A DNA stretch of 63,933 nucleotides, filler included, from Lenisia limosa (GCA_001655205.1; 16 parts of 16 records of this genome joined end to end with filler, not necessarily neighbours in it); one strand, 5' to 3'; counted from the whole stretch's first letter, positions 40,664 to 53,881 are shown. The notes: a model not told the origin generated them from the letters alone. Numbers and translations are program-made.

Positions 40664-41540
40664 CTAAACTGTCAGTGGACATTGTTCTGTAGGCAGGGAG
40701 AAAGTAGAGAGAGAAAAACAAAGAAGAAGCTTTAATCCCCACCGTTTCGTTACCACCAAGACTGGCTTGGGCATACGCCAAACTCTCTTCAGAAGGCTCA
40801 CACTTTCGTGGACCTTCAATATCGCCTTCGACAGAGGACTCATCAGGACCGTCCAGTTTTTGGTCAAGGGCAGCCCGCTGGCTTTCTCCGATCCGTTCTG
40901 CAATCTAAGGGGGTGAGAAGGCTATTAAGTAAGGACATCGTCAAGGTACTCATCATGAACTGAATCATCTTAAACTCCATCTACTCTCTGTCGGTGAAAT
41001 ATTTTCAGAAGTTTAAAAAAAAACACGATACTTTGAACCAATCTACCTCAGGAGTGATGAGCATTCGAAGCACCTGCGCAGTTTCAGCTTGCAATGCTTC
41101 CATATCCTTTGATATGAGAAAACAGATGAGGAAATGTGGAAGGTGAGCAAATATTGATATTTATCGAGGACTTCTCCTGAGCAATTAATCAGCCGATTGA
41201 AGTCCCCAGAGCACATGAGCACATGTCATATCAAAAATCGACGGGAGGGTTCCATACTCCACTTTACCTCAACGCGCTGAGTCAAATGGTCAACTTCCTT
41301 CCGCAAATTCTAAAATGATCATTTTTCGAGTCATCATCATGTCCCCACTGAATGCTTTTCAGAACAATTCATTATAAAGCAACATTGCCCACCAGATTTT
41401 CAGTCATTGTCAGCGAAATATTGGCCACGGCCCCTGACGCCATGTCGTAGAGTTCGTCCAACGACTGTGGCATTGTTTCGGGGGATTTTGGCAGGGATGG
41501 TTGAATGTTCATAACCGAGTGAAGGCTTGAGGCTTGTTTG
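40664..41540 (-). CDS. Hypothetical helical or coiled-coil protein
   Basis: Exons DELYDMASGAVANISLTMTENL, EVDHLTQRVE, DMEALQAETAQVLRMLITPE and IAERIGESQRAALDQK, with GT-AG borders. Confidence 0.4.
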
Positions 41541-43957
41541 GACATAAAATGCTGCAGTGTAAGGATATTCCAATGATGGTCAATTATCCGAATATTCACC
41601 CCATTTTTCAAGCGGAGAGATATTTAAAATATTAGCTAGAAAACTGATCTCAATAAAAGCAAGAAAACTGTCTTTAACAGCTCATCCCGCCCCTCCCCTN
41701 NNNNNNNNNNNNNNNNNNNNNNNNNNNNNNNNNNNNNNNNNNNTTAATTAATTAANNNNNNNNNNNNNNNNNNNNNNNNNNNNNNNNNNNNNNNNNNNNG
41801 GGGGGGGGGGTGGACATTTCAATGCAGAATATTGGCAAAATGGCATTGTGGGTACTACAATATAGAGGAGACGAGGATTTGATGGTGATTCAGAAATAAG
41901 AAGACAATCACAATCACTTCCGTAGTTGAAGAGATAATACATCTTTCCCAGGTTGAGCGGATCTTGGAGGGATAATTTAGTATTCCATTACTCCTGGGCG
42001 GGATCGCCGCTGCTGCTTAATCATTTTCTGTATTGATGGTTTATTGTACCTCCTTACCACAAGAGGAAGCACAGAAGATGACAAAATGACAGGAATAACA
42101 AGGAACAATCTTGATCTTGGTTCGCTCTTCTCACTCTTCTTAGTTCGTAGAGGAAGTCAATATCATGTCCCGTGTGAGAGTTATGAAAAGGCGGTGTCGT
42201 TTTTCACTTTTTCACAAAGCAGTAAAAAGCAGCGCGAAAATGTTAGTCGCGCTCGCGCAACACAATAAAATCCTTTTCAGCCGTGGTTCAAAAACACCCT
42301 GAACCAAGGAGCGCAGTGACACCGGTTTCAGCAGGCACCCCACAGAGAGTAGGGGAGCTGAAATATCCTCTAAATAGCATTTTGATGGTGTTATGAGCAG
42401 ATTATCACATAACAACACTGGGGGTGTGGAGACCTTAACCTTAGGGTTCAAATTCGCCTCCAACCTCCAACCGAACCATATTCCACAGTAATATATTATT
42501 AAGTTGAACCACATTCCATTCTATTCCTCCATGTATTATCAAGTTGAGCTATTATAATAAAGAACAATTATTATCAATGAACCATATTCCACCATGCTAT
42601 TATTCCATTATTCTCAAGTTGAACTATTATTATAAAGAACAGTATTATTATCAATGAACCATATTCCACTACATAAGCACAAGTAAATATGGCACAACAT
42701 CACCAAATATCTTACACTGCTGCTGTGAAAATTATATACTACAGGTATAAGCCCTCCACTGCATAACACATTCACGCAAAAGTGGGAAGGAGCCTGAGGG
42801 AGGTGGAGTGGGGTACGAAAAGTGATGTGATCATATAATCGACTTTCAAGTCGAATAATGAAAGGAGATAACATGAGGATTCACCCCGGGGAACCCTGGG
42901 TGTATCAGAGTATCATTGAGACGTGTCATTCAAAATATTATACTAGTGGATATGAGGCATCATATCACTGTGTGGCAAATGTTCCAGAAAGTGATGAAAT
43001 ATTATCATATTCTCGCTGAAACAGTTTATTCAATGCTCATCCACGTTTCATGTGGTCATTGACAGCATTTGGTAAGACTTCTTGAAATTAATTATTGAAT
43101 ATATAAATTGATTGATAAAATTTAAAATTTAAGTCTGAAAAGGGGTTCTAGAGTTGCAATAGTTTCCACTTTTGTTCATATCATATTTTTCTTTGTTATT
43201 TGTGTTTTGTTAAAATTATTTCATTATTTTATGATAAGCTTGTAGGCACTGTGCTTTGGAGAACATGCCAGCTTTATTGTCTTCTGACTCTCAACTCCAA
43301 ACAACATCTGAAAAGGTTTGTTATTGTTGTCGCCTTCGGATTCTGATGAGGGTTGCAGTCAAGCATAGTAAACAGTATAGTACATAGTATAGTATGGTAC
43401 ATAGATATTGTATATTTAATTGCATATTTCATTATCATCTCTCCTAGAATAAACCAGAAGGTGAAAGGCCCAACTTCGTAAACGATAGTGTTTATAGGGT
43501 AAGCGACAATTTTAATGTTTATATATCTGTTTACGTTTTCATACGCACTGTTTTTTGTCATTTTCAAAAGGGGCTTTTCGGTTTAAGTCTTCTCAGTGTA
43601 CCGAGTAATATATATAATATAATATATAGTTCTGTACAATGCCTATAGTGTTGTGTAATCAAATCGTATTAATCCAGTGTTATTTCACGAAATAAATATG
43701 ATATGTATAACGTCATGAATATTTCGTCATGAAATATATCATATATGATATGTATAACATAAGATATTGGCCGAACGTATTCCGAAGAAAGCAACGGGAG
43801 CTCAGTCTGGTTGTTTGCTTAATTTCATACTAGTTTTAACATTTAGTATGTATCATATGATATACTATGTAGTAATATATTTGTATATTACCGAAAAAGA
43901 CAATGGCTCACTTTATCTTTCATATCTAGTTCATCCCAATTGCTATAACGTGATTAC

Positions 43958-44290
43958 AGTTCCAGGATGACACGGATGACTTCAACATGGCCCTCTTTTG
44001 CAGCTTGGTGGAGAGCGTTCCTCTTCTTCTGAAATAAATTAGCAGAGCATCTCATAGACATGGTGAGAGATCATCATAATTTTTAGGGTTTGTATTTATT
44101 AAAATAATTCCCCAAAAAATTCATTTCACAGATCCCTTAGAACTTTTCCTGTATATCTGCAACCTTGTTCAATAACAAATGAAGGTCAACCACCAATTTT
44201 ATTCCAGAGACTGGCTCCCTTTTCAAGTATCCGTCTAACAATACTCGAATAGCCATTGGCAGCAGCATATATAAGAGCAGTTTTTTCACT
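43958..44290 (-). CDS. Ankyrin-repeat protein (two repeat-encoding exons; full extent unclear)
   Basis: KTALIYAAANGYSSIVRRILEKGA and RNALHQAAKEGHVEVIRVILEL both match the ankyrin consensus. Confidence 0.75.
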
Positions 44291-44851
44291 CTGAAGGACA
44301 GACGGTCTCATAGTCAGTGATAAAGAAAAGATGAAAAGCCTCCCCCGTTTTCGTTACTAAACCACAAAAGTTGGTGACATTGGTTGATATAAAAAATACC
44401 TTTTAATTGAGCCCCAATGCATATTTAGGCCATTTGCTCTTTTCACTTTTATCACACGACTGCATAGACTTTCCGATTCATCATTCTGAGTAAAACATGT
44501 TTTTGCTCTTTTATGGTTTCATAAAGGTCCTGGCGAATCCGAGCATTAGAGTCGAAGTGGGCCAAATAAAAGCACAAGGGATCAGGTATTTGTTATCATT
44601 ACTTACTTGGTAACATATGTTACCATTGATTCACTCTTCAGCATGATTTCGCGTCGTATCTCTGTAGTCTGGGAGTTACAATTAATGTGAGCTGTTTAAA
44701 CGTTGTTTTTCTTGAACTTTTATATTCAAGAAGAAACTCCCTGGCCCATTGACCTCGCATTGTTTGGGTGTTTTTTTTTTGGAAATATAGCGAACAGGAG
44801 ATCGCTCCATTATTAACCCCTTAGGAAAAACCACTAGAAGGCAATGGTGAA

Positions 44852-45487
44852 ATGACACTGTACAAGAAAGAAGACACGATTACACCTAAGTTTACCTGTT
44901 TAGTCATCAAATCTGTTGGTGATATGTGCCTACCAGAAGGCAAGAGTGGGCATTTGATTGTCACAAGAAAAGCTGGCGCTCTAATTGGAAAACTTGATAG
45001 ATGGGAAAGTGTTATTGTACACAAACTTGACTTCGAACTTCATTCGGGGTTACAGCCATATTTGAAGCAAAGTGATAGACTGATCACAGGTATCAATGAT
45101 TCGTTCGTCGAGGTGTTTGACACAGTATCTTGTCGTACAATCCAATTAGATCTTGATAATGCGATCAAAGGCGAAGATAAATGTGTTCCATATAAAAAAA
45201 TTACAATCTCTGATGTCCCAAATATTCCAACCTTGGTTAGCGTACACCCTGAGCTGAAAGAATTATCAAATGTGGGATGGAAACTATCCTTAGATTTTCC
45301 AAATTGAAGTTTATTGTCCAAATTACCTTCAAGGCGAAGATCTGAGATTTTTTGTGGTAGCACATTTGACCGCATTTCCGAATTTCCATACTCCAACAAC
45401 AGAAAAAGGCAAATTGGAGTATGTCAACCTTTCGGGGAACTCCATTAAAGAGGTTGGACCACTTTGCTTATTGCAAAAATTCTCAAG
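44852..45487 (+). pseudogene. LRR-containing coding segment with a stop and frameshift
   Basis: A 151-codon intronless ORF ends at 45307. A different frame then gives KLEYVNLSGNSIKEV (LxxLxLxxNxI). May be a pseudogene or hide an unrecognised short intron. Confidence 0.35.
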
Positions 45488-46541
45488 GTATCTTTCATCG
45501 AATGTTGCAGGGATGCAATCATTTTTCTATTTTTTGAACTATTTGCTTGTCACTCAACCCCCCGCCCCCCAATATTACAAGAGTCACACATGAACTNNNN
45601 NNNNNNNNNNNNNNNNNNNNNNNNNNNNNNNNNNNNNNNNTTAATTAATTAANNNNNNNNNNNNNNNNNNNNNNNNNNNNNNNNNNNNNNNNNNNNAATA
45701 CTGCCTTCAGCCTACATTCTAACCAGGCAGTGAGAGAAGAGGCCTTCCTTTACCTTTGTCTCAGAAAACGGTTCACAAGAAACTTTACAAAATAAGTATG
45801 GTCAAGATGATGGCATGAAAGAAACCACGAAATCCAATTTTTTTTTTGTAGACACAGTGGTATATAGTGTCTCGACGGAATTGAAAGGGAAACAACTTGC
45901 AAAAAAATTGTCATAGGCACCATCGATATAATCCTCGAATTTTTTTTCGAAGTTATTAATTGCCGCGCACAGAATTTAAAACGCAACTTATACTATCTTA
46001 TATGTATAATATAATAATATAATAATATAATAATAAAGGCTTAGAAAGAAGAAACAGAGAAGGGAAACCTGACGAGCTTACGACCCACTTTTAGAAAGTC
46101 CCATTGCGGATCTCATAACTGCTGAGAGTGGGCTGCATGCCTAAGGCCCACAACTGATAAAATGACGTCTCCAACAGTACCAACACCATCACCATCAAGC
46201 ATTGAACTTTTCTTGTAAGCCCTGTTTCCTTCTAATGATCTGTATTGAACTGTTCAGAGGAGAAGTAAAATAAGGGAGTATCTGACCAAAGCCGTCCACG
46301 CCATCACGCTTATAAGAGATATTGAACACAACTCTGAACACTCTGTATTTCTGACATAATAGGACAGAGAAGGTTGACAGTGCCCTCGCCGCCGCACCAG
46401 TTGATATTGACACCTTGTACAGTATTGCCGTTGCCGATAATATCCCCCAGAATCTCCGCGGACGAGTTTGGCTGGTGAGAGGGGGGCGGGGGAGTAAAAT
46501 GGCCAATTTATGCGAGAAAGGGAGAGTGGTGAAGAAGAGTA

Positions 46542-46633
46542 GGGCTTCACTTCGGTTCGAAAAAAACCGGTAAAATATCGATTAGTTTTTGAGGATTTGT
46601 CGAGTAATTCAGTTTTTGAACCGAAGTGAAGCC
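46542..46633. mobile_element. MITE M1 nested in a family-A intronic repeat
   Basis: TA|GGGCTTCAC...GTGAAGCC(G)TA, interrupting family-A sequence. Confidence 0.85.
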
Positions 46634-47064
46634 GTAGTGAAGAGGGAAAAATATTAAGCGAAAAGAAAAGCTCAAAATCAACTAGGTTGATGAGTATTTG
46701 GAAACAAATAACAAAAAAATTAAATTCCAGGCCAGTCGCTGTGGGTGAAGTGTGAAAGGGGAAGGGAGTTGGCAGAAGGGTGAAGGAATACAAACTATTC
46801 TCGAATTGGGAGATGAAAAAGAGAGGAGAGAAATTAAACCCTGATATATATAATATATGTACCAAGTATCAAAACAGTTACGAGCCTGTGAGAGATTCAA
46901 TTGATTTGTATTTATTAATTCACCGAATCATTTGCCTTACAACTCTCTGCACACACATCTTTCTGCGTGCCTCCCCAATAGAGAAATAGACAGAGAAACA
47001 GATAGAGGTTTTACTATTTTCATTTTCTTATGATACTATGTCGATAAATTCTATTATATTTACT

Positions 47065-47658
47065 GATTCACTTTGGTTAGCCTGAATTTCTCGATAAATC
47101 CTCGATATACTATATCGATATTTTATCGGTCTTTTTGGGACCGGAGAGAAGCCCTCCTTGCATCTAGGGCTTCACTTCAGTTAAAAAAAAAGACTGAGTA
47201 TCTCGATAAATCCTCAAAAGCTATCGTTATTTTACCGGTCTTTTTGGGACCTGAATGAAGTCCTATTTTTTGCTGTGTACACAGAGTTGTAAGGCAAATG
47301 ATTGGGTGAATAAATATGATATTATACTGTTGTTCAGTGTTGTATAAAGTGGAGGCGTTCTACCAGATACAACTTTATTATTTATTATTTATAATCTACC
47401 TTGTTATTTTTTTATTTCAGATTTTTAATTATATTAATCTCCAGGCTGCCCTTGGATTGCCCTGCGAATACGCACCCGAAGACGAAGCCGTTGACATTGC
47501 TTCGGGTGGGGGGTGTATCTGATATTTAAGGCGCTATGCAATTAATTTAAAAATATTTTCAATATTTGTGAGCCCCATATCAGTAAGGCTTCACTTCGAT
47601 TCGGGAGAATATCGATAGTTTTCGAGGATTTGTCTTTTTTCGAACCGAAATGAAGCCC
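47065..47658. mobile_element. Cluster of three M1 MITEs (47065-47155, 47167-47263, 47587-47658)
   Basis: Each copy shows the TIRs and core. Confidence 0.8.
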
Positions 47659-48148
47659 TACATATCAGACAATTATATTTCCAAGTTTATCAATTAATTT
47701 CTTCAAATAATTAATAGCATGGCATTTTGCTTCTGGGGGGTGGGGTTGAAATTAAAATTCCCGTTTGATGTTATCAACCCTCTTGTGTTANNNNNNNNNN
47801 NNNNNNNNNNNNNNNNNNNNNNNNNNNNNNNNNNNNNNNNNNNNNNNNNNNNNNNNNNNNNNNNNNNNNNNNNNNNNNNNNNNNNNNNNNNNNNNNNNNN
47901 NNNNNNNNNNNNNNNNNNNNNNNNNNNNNNNNNNNNNNNNNNNNNNNNNNNNNNNNNNNNNNNNNNNNNNNNNNNNNNNNNNNNNNNNNNNNNNNNNNNN
48001 NNNNNNNNNNNNNNNNNNNNNNNNNNNNNNNNNNNNNNNNNCTTGTCAAGCATGTTGGACGTCTGCACCGGGTGGGAGGGTATTTCTAATATGATGATGA
48101 TGATGATGGTGATGATGGTGGTGATGATGATGGTGGTGATGATGGTGG

Positions 48149-48194
<46 letters not shown>

Positions 48195-48422
48195 GATGAA
48201 GATAATGATGAAGATTATGATAATGATGAAGATTATGATGATGATGAAGATTTTGATAATGAAGATTATGATAATGATGAAGATTATGATAATGATATGT
48301 ATATATCCCCCCATATAACTACCCCAGAATTACATACCCCGGAAGCACAACGCAGATTGTCGGCCACCGTTGCCCTATTCCTCCGAAATACGAACACCGT
48401 TCTGTGGCCCGGCCTGCCCGAG
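47445..48422 (+). CDS. Hypothetical protein fragment
   Basis: Three GC-rich exon-like blocks with donors (AALGLPCEYAPEDEAVDIAS; 48042-48070; 48358-48422). Reading frames partly unresolved. Confidence 0.35.
48091..48296. repeat. (ATG/GAT)n-derived microsatellite
   Basis: Trinucleotide array drifting to ATGAAGATT/ATA variants. A similar array lies at 62720-62817. Confidence 0.9.
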
Positions 48423-48534
48423 GTGGGCGAGGGGNNNNNNNNNNNNNNNNNNNNNNNNNNNNNNNNNNNNNNNNNNNNTTAATTAATTAANNNNNNNNNN
48501 NNNNNNNNNNNNNNNNNNNNNNNNNNNNNNNNNN

Positions 48535-50236
48535 CTCTGATGGCCTTACGGAAGGATGACCGTCCAAAGAACGCCACGCCCCTGTGAAAGTACAGTCTTG
48601 GGGGGGTAAAAGTACAGTAAGGGAATGATGTGGATGTGATAGAGATATGAAATAAAAACACACTCATAAGCAACTTCATTGGTCAACAAAAAAAAACCCA
48701 AAAGCCCAGGAAATAACAATGCATAACGGCTTGTAAGCATTTNNNNNNNNNNNNNNNNNNNNNNNNNNNNNNNNNNNNNNNNNNNNNNNNNNNNNNNNNN
48801 NNNNNNNNNNNNNNNNNNNNNNNNNNNNNNNNNNNNNNNNNNNNNNNNNNNNNNNNNNNNNNNNNNNNNNNNNNNNNNNNNNTTTTTGAGGTCCCTTGCT
48901 GCGAAGCGGAATCTGGACCCTTCCAAAAAGACCTAGAAAATCATCATGAAGGGGGGGTAATGCCGTCTAAAAAAGAAAAAAAAAGGCTAAATCTCACTAT
49001 CAGAGAATAAATAATTAGTAATAATAAACTATATTATATGGCTACACGAAATGTGAAATGAGAAATTAACCTGGCTGAAGTAGGCCATATTGCCCCACCT
49101 GCGATCGAAGGAACAGGAACTCGACGTTGTCAGGAGCCAGTAGGATGGCACGTGTCAGGTCCTGAACAGCCGCTAAGAGGTCTCCGGCCGCTCGGAAGGC
49201 CAGCGCCCGGGCCGTGAGGACTGACGGGTCTGAGAGGGGAGATTATATGGGGTCATCTTGGTGGAGGGAATTAAGGGAAAAAACAAAAAGACCACTTAGA
49301 ATAAACTCTTCTTATGGGTTTGAGGGGGTAGCTTTGGTAAAGGGTGTGTCTGTATGTGTGTGTATGTATGTGTGTGTCTGTATGTACATGTTATGTATGT
49401 GTGTGGGTATTGTCAAAATTTAGACCAGCAGAAGCACTAAACAAACGCCTACCATCAGGTCCGTGTTCCAATGCCATTGCAAAGTCATCGCAAGCTTCCT
49501 CGTATTGCCCTGTGAAATGAGGAGTGAGTGTAGTAAGCAACAGTAGGTTTGAAAACAAAGAGTAAATCAATAACATAACTGGTGAACTAGTATCCAATAT
49601 CTGATGATGTGAAATTCATAGATTTTTTTAACAATAATATTAGAAGTGGAATCCTGAAAAAGTCAGAGAGGGAGTAACACGAAGAAAAATGTTTTGATGG
49701 ATATAAAAACTAGACAAAACCTGATCCAAAAGGCGAGAGGGAGAGGGAGAAATCAGTAAGAAGGGGGGATTGAGGGACGTGTACTCACCAGCTCGATAAT
49801 GGGCAATGCCACGGGTATGGAATGCGGAGGGTTGGCAGGGGTTGAGGTCTAAGGCCCTACCAAGGTCCGAGAGGGTTGCCTAAGAATTGAGGCATAGGAT
49901 ACGTGGAATTGGGGAGTTGAGAAGAGCTTAGATATTTGGCAACATCCCCCCTCCCCCCTCCATCACATATCTGGACCAACCCATGAGGCACTGTTCTTAT
50001 TTGAAAAAGACAACTACTCTTTCGGATTGAAAGCCTGATAGCTTTACTTCGGTTTGAAATGAGACTGAATTTCTTGATAAATCCCCGAAAATTATCGATA
50101 TTTTACTGATAATATTCGAACCGAAGTGAAGCCCTACTAATAATACGAAATGCCAGCCCCGCGCACTTCATAGTCACCCATATCCAGGTAGATTTTGCCG
50201 CGAGCTTCCCACACACGATGATCATCGTCAGCTTGG
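48535..50236 (-). CDS. TPR-repeat protein fragment
   Basis: VWEARGKIYLDMGDYE|ATLSDLGRALDLNPCQPSAFHTRGIAHYRAG|QYEEACDDFAMALEHGP|DPSVLTARALAFRAAGDLLAAVQDLTRAILLAP form tandem TPR units. Confidence 0.85.
50041..50134. mobile_element. MITE M1 in TPR gene intron
   Basis: Right end GTGAAGCCC|TA; core conserved. Confidence 0.8.
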
Positions 50237-50578
50237 CTGGAGGGTTAGGGATGGGGAGGGGGGGAAGTATAATTGGAAAATTAATGAAATAAAAAACCCC
50301 CAAACAACTCNNNNNNNNNNNNNNNNNNNNNNNNNNNNNNNNNNNNNNNNNNNNTTAATTAATTAANNNNNNNNNNNNNNNNNNNNNNNNNNNNNNNNNN
50401 NNNNNNNNNNATAATATATCAGAGATGTAATATCGATAGACATTAGAAATCTACAAATAAAAACCTTGGGATACCATAAACAAGGGGGGGTGGGGAGTAT
50501 AATGAGAATGACAAGAGGTTCCATGGGATAATGGAGCTTTCTTTTATTTTTTGTATTTTCCAAATCTCATCATGACAG

Positions 50579-52041
50579 GTCTACTACGCCAACATTCTGA
50601 TGCCTTGCGCCGACGCCATCTGCCGCACGCTCACTGCCGTCACTAAGCTCAATCTCGATATCGAGGTCATTGCCACCGCGCATGGCGCCTCATGGAGAGG
50701 AAAGGTGCAATGGAATGTTTTTTTGGGATCTAAATTCCTCCCCGCAAACCTCAATAACCATGTCGGCGAGATACAACTTGTTTTATTTCTCAGCTCTCTA
50801 GATACTCTGTATGATAGTATATTACATACTACACAATATGTAGAGATGAGAGATAACCTCTCACTGTTTCAGTACATCCCCGAGGTGATCAAGGCCTACT
50901 CCTTCTGGGCCCACAACAAGGTCGTGCCCAAGGTTCGCGAAGGGCTGTTTTTGTTCTTTTTTTCGTGCAATTATATCTAGTACTTCCCAACGTTCTCTCA
51001 AAAGATTCATTTATCTCAAATAATTCCTCTTGTCGATAAATAGCGATATTTCCCACTAAAGTGTGGCTCAATAAATGAGGATAAACCGATATTGTGAAGG
51101 GAAATAAACCGAAAATAAGAACGAACTGAACTGAACTGAAATGATTTTCTTCATCGAAATTTCCTTCGTTTTACCCCCCGCAGGTTGCCATGGTCTACGA
51201 CACCATGTATGACAGCACAGCCACTATGGCTAAGGCCTATGCCGATGGTGTTCGCTCCACCGGCGTCGACATTGTTTCCCTCTCCGTAAGGGGGAATTTG
51301 GGGGTAGCGTGCATTCACTCTTAATCATCCCTTCCCCCCAATTGCTGCAGAAGCGACTGGCCTGGGCTTGTTTGTTTTGTCNNNNNNNNNNNNNNNNNNN
51401 NNNNNNNNNNNNNNNNNNNNNNNNNNNNNNNNNNNNNNNNNNNNNNNNNNNNNNNNNNNNNNNNNNNNNNNNNNNNNNNNNNNNNNNNNNNNNNNNNNNN
51501 NNNNNNNNNNNNNNNNNNAACGCCACTGTTCTTCCCACCGTCCATCAGGTATACAAGGGTGTTCGGCTCTTCTGCCCTCATTCCTTCGTTGTATTATTAT
51601 TGTTCAATTTTCTCGTGTGTTGTCAGCCAACGTAGTTGATTCTATGATATTTTTTTTTGTTTCAATCACACACCCTCAGGCTGTCGGCTACCTCGCCGGT
51701 CTCGCACCTAAGAACCGCCTCGGATTCGCGTTCGGCTCCTTCGGATGGCAGGCTGGCCTTCTCGAGACCGAACTCGGCCTTATGGCTGAGAGAATCAACT
51801 TGGAGATGATTGGTGGGGGGCCGAGAGTATTAACATTTTATATTTTCCTCATACTGAGTTTCTCAAAAGCTAAGACTTGGATTTTTTTTTTTTTTTCATT
51901 TTTTGATATCGCTTTCCACTCACTATCCCAGGCGAGACTCTGACCTGCCAATTCAAGCCCACAGCTGAGGTCTTGGAGAAGAACTGGCAAAATGGCCGTC
52001 AAATGGGCCTTGCTGTTCTCAACAAGTGCCGTTCTCAATAG
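50579..52041 (+). CDS. fprA: Flavodiiron protein (A-type flavoprotein; O2/NO reductase family), C-terminal part with spliceosomal introns
   Basis: YYANILMP...IEVIATAHGASWR (end of the metallo-beta-lactamase domain with its His ligand). Flavodoxin domain follows: VAMVYDTMYDSTATMAKA...GLAPKNRLGFAFGSFGW...FKPTAEVLEK...*. Confidence 0.9.
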
Positions 52042-53069
52042 ATTATATGTCCATTATTACGCTCAATTATGCAACTGTAGCTACTGTTTAAAGTGGAATT
52101 GTGAACATGTCAACTAATAGGTTATATGGCCATTTTTATTTTCATTATCATTACGCTCAATTGCAACTTTGTTTGCTGCTTAGGTGGAATTGCTTGTCGT
52201 AAATATAATCCAAAATAGCCAAACACAGGAAAAAGAAACACTAGTTCAGCCGCTGGGTTCAAGTCAAAATTGCCGAACTTAGCTGTTTTTGTTTAAATTC
52301 AAACCGGCTTGCGTCCAGGTAAAAATACTGATATTTTCTTAAAATTTGGTCCCCCACCCCTGATAGAATGGAGCAACACCCCTTGGACTGGTCGACTGCC
52401 AAAATTAGTGAAGTGGTTTTGTTGACGAATGTCCATAATAGATACAGTCTACTGGTGGGGGATAAGTGCACATGAAACAAAGAAAAACGCCAGGAACCGC
52501 TTCCATCAATGGGAGTTGGGGGCAGATGCAGCAAAAAACAGATAGATAATTTCGAGCGCTCACTCTTCTTTTATCTTTTTTTATGCTCCCGCCGGCGCAG
52601 CTGTCATTTTTTTGTCATAAAACAGATGATTGTTTCTGTGTCATATCTCCTCGCTTAGGTTATGTTGTCCTACCACAAGGGTCAAACAGTGCGTAAAAAG
52701 ACCGGTTAAATATTCATATTCATCGTGATTTATTGAGAAATTCGGTCTTCTTTTTTTAAAGAGACCGTAAGTAAGACCAAGGGCATCACTCATGTACGAC
52801 AAAGTTCAGCCGGATTTAACGAGAACATGTCATATTTTTGATCGGAGTGGTGACCAAAAACTATATCGACGACATTATCAATTGCGTTAAATTGCCAATG
52901 CAAAATTGGACAGCCACTAATGGTGTATCCGTTTAGGACCAAAGGAAAGCCCTATTTATTTACCTTGAGAAAATATAATACATATTATATCTCGAAGAAA
53001 GAAATATTACAATACACTACTATACAAAATACCATGCATGCATTCTACTTCTTAAAGTAGTCTGGGTTA

Positions 53070-53590
53070 CCTGTCAGGAAGTCTTCAACCGCATCCTTGT
53101 CGAAAAGATCACCTAAAAAAATAAATATATGAAACAAAAAAAAGACTCAAAATCAACTCTGTTAGCTAGCAACACACAAGGGTTGAAACAAAAAAAGGCA
53201 AACAAAGCCCAGGCCACCCGCTTCTGCAGATAAACCATAAGACTCATAACGGCATATTACTCCATATTTCCTCCGGACATCCGCATTCGATCGTGATTCC
53301 CCCCCCCCAAAAAAAAAAANNNNNNNNNNNNNNNNNNNNNNNNNNNNNNNNNNNNNNNNNNNNNNNNNNNNNNNNNNNNNNTCGATAACAGTCGAAATTT
53401 ATATACTTTTTTCGGAGTGTAGGAAATCCCTTCCCCCCACCTGGCTTTCGCATTCGTTCGCTATACTGCCCGGAACGGAGAAGGTCTTTGACCTCGTCCT
53501 TAGTTGGCGGCTTCCATAGCGGTTCCTGAGAAAGGGCGGGCCGGGAGAGGATGTCGTTGAGCTCCATTCGGACACTGAACATGTCGATCT
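53070..53590 (-). CDS. Hypothetical protein fragment
   Basis: Exons DMFSVRMELNDILSRPALSQEPLWKPPTKDEVKDLLRSG and GDLFDKDAVEDFLT. Confidence 0.35.
53113..53230 (-). repeat. Family A copy ending at an acceptor
   Basis: Near-consensus; AG at 53113-53114 directly follows its 3' end. Confidence 0.85.
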
Positions 53591-53881
53591 GATTGTTTAA
53601 GCAAAGTGTAATTAATTCAGACATTTTTTTTAAAATTAAAACAAAGTTTAATTAAAATAGACAAAGAATTGATTTATGGGATTGAATTCATGTGGTTTAT
53701 CAGAATTAGTGGGTTGATTTAACAGAAGTTAATTAATTAAAGGGGTTGATTTGTCTCTGGCCGAAGCCGTTCACATCATCANNNNNNNNNNNNNNNNNNN
53801 NNNNNNNNNNNNNNNNNNNNNNNNNTTAATTAATTAANNNNNNNNNNNNNNNNNNNNNNNNNNNNNNNNNNNNNNNNNNNN

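Noticed and set aside
46540-46636. Bacterial REP/REPIN (GTAG + palindrome) origin for M1
   Set aside because: GTAG precedes only some copies (others have TTAG or CTAG) and no RAYT/TnpA gene is present; a TA-flanked MITE is simpler.
47703-48318. Poly-Met / poly-Ile ORFs in the ORF track
   Set aside because: They are translations of an ATG microsatellite and an N gap.
53070-53590. RTF2 / RING-like call from ALSQEPL and GDLFDKDAVEDFL
   Set aside because: The expected Cys ligands are absent and the spacing between the two motifs is too long; left hypothetical.
50411-53781. Functional gene cluster linking FDP with TPR, M13 or other neighbours
   Set aside because: The neighbours are on different scaffolds joined artificially, so adjacency carries no information.
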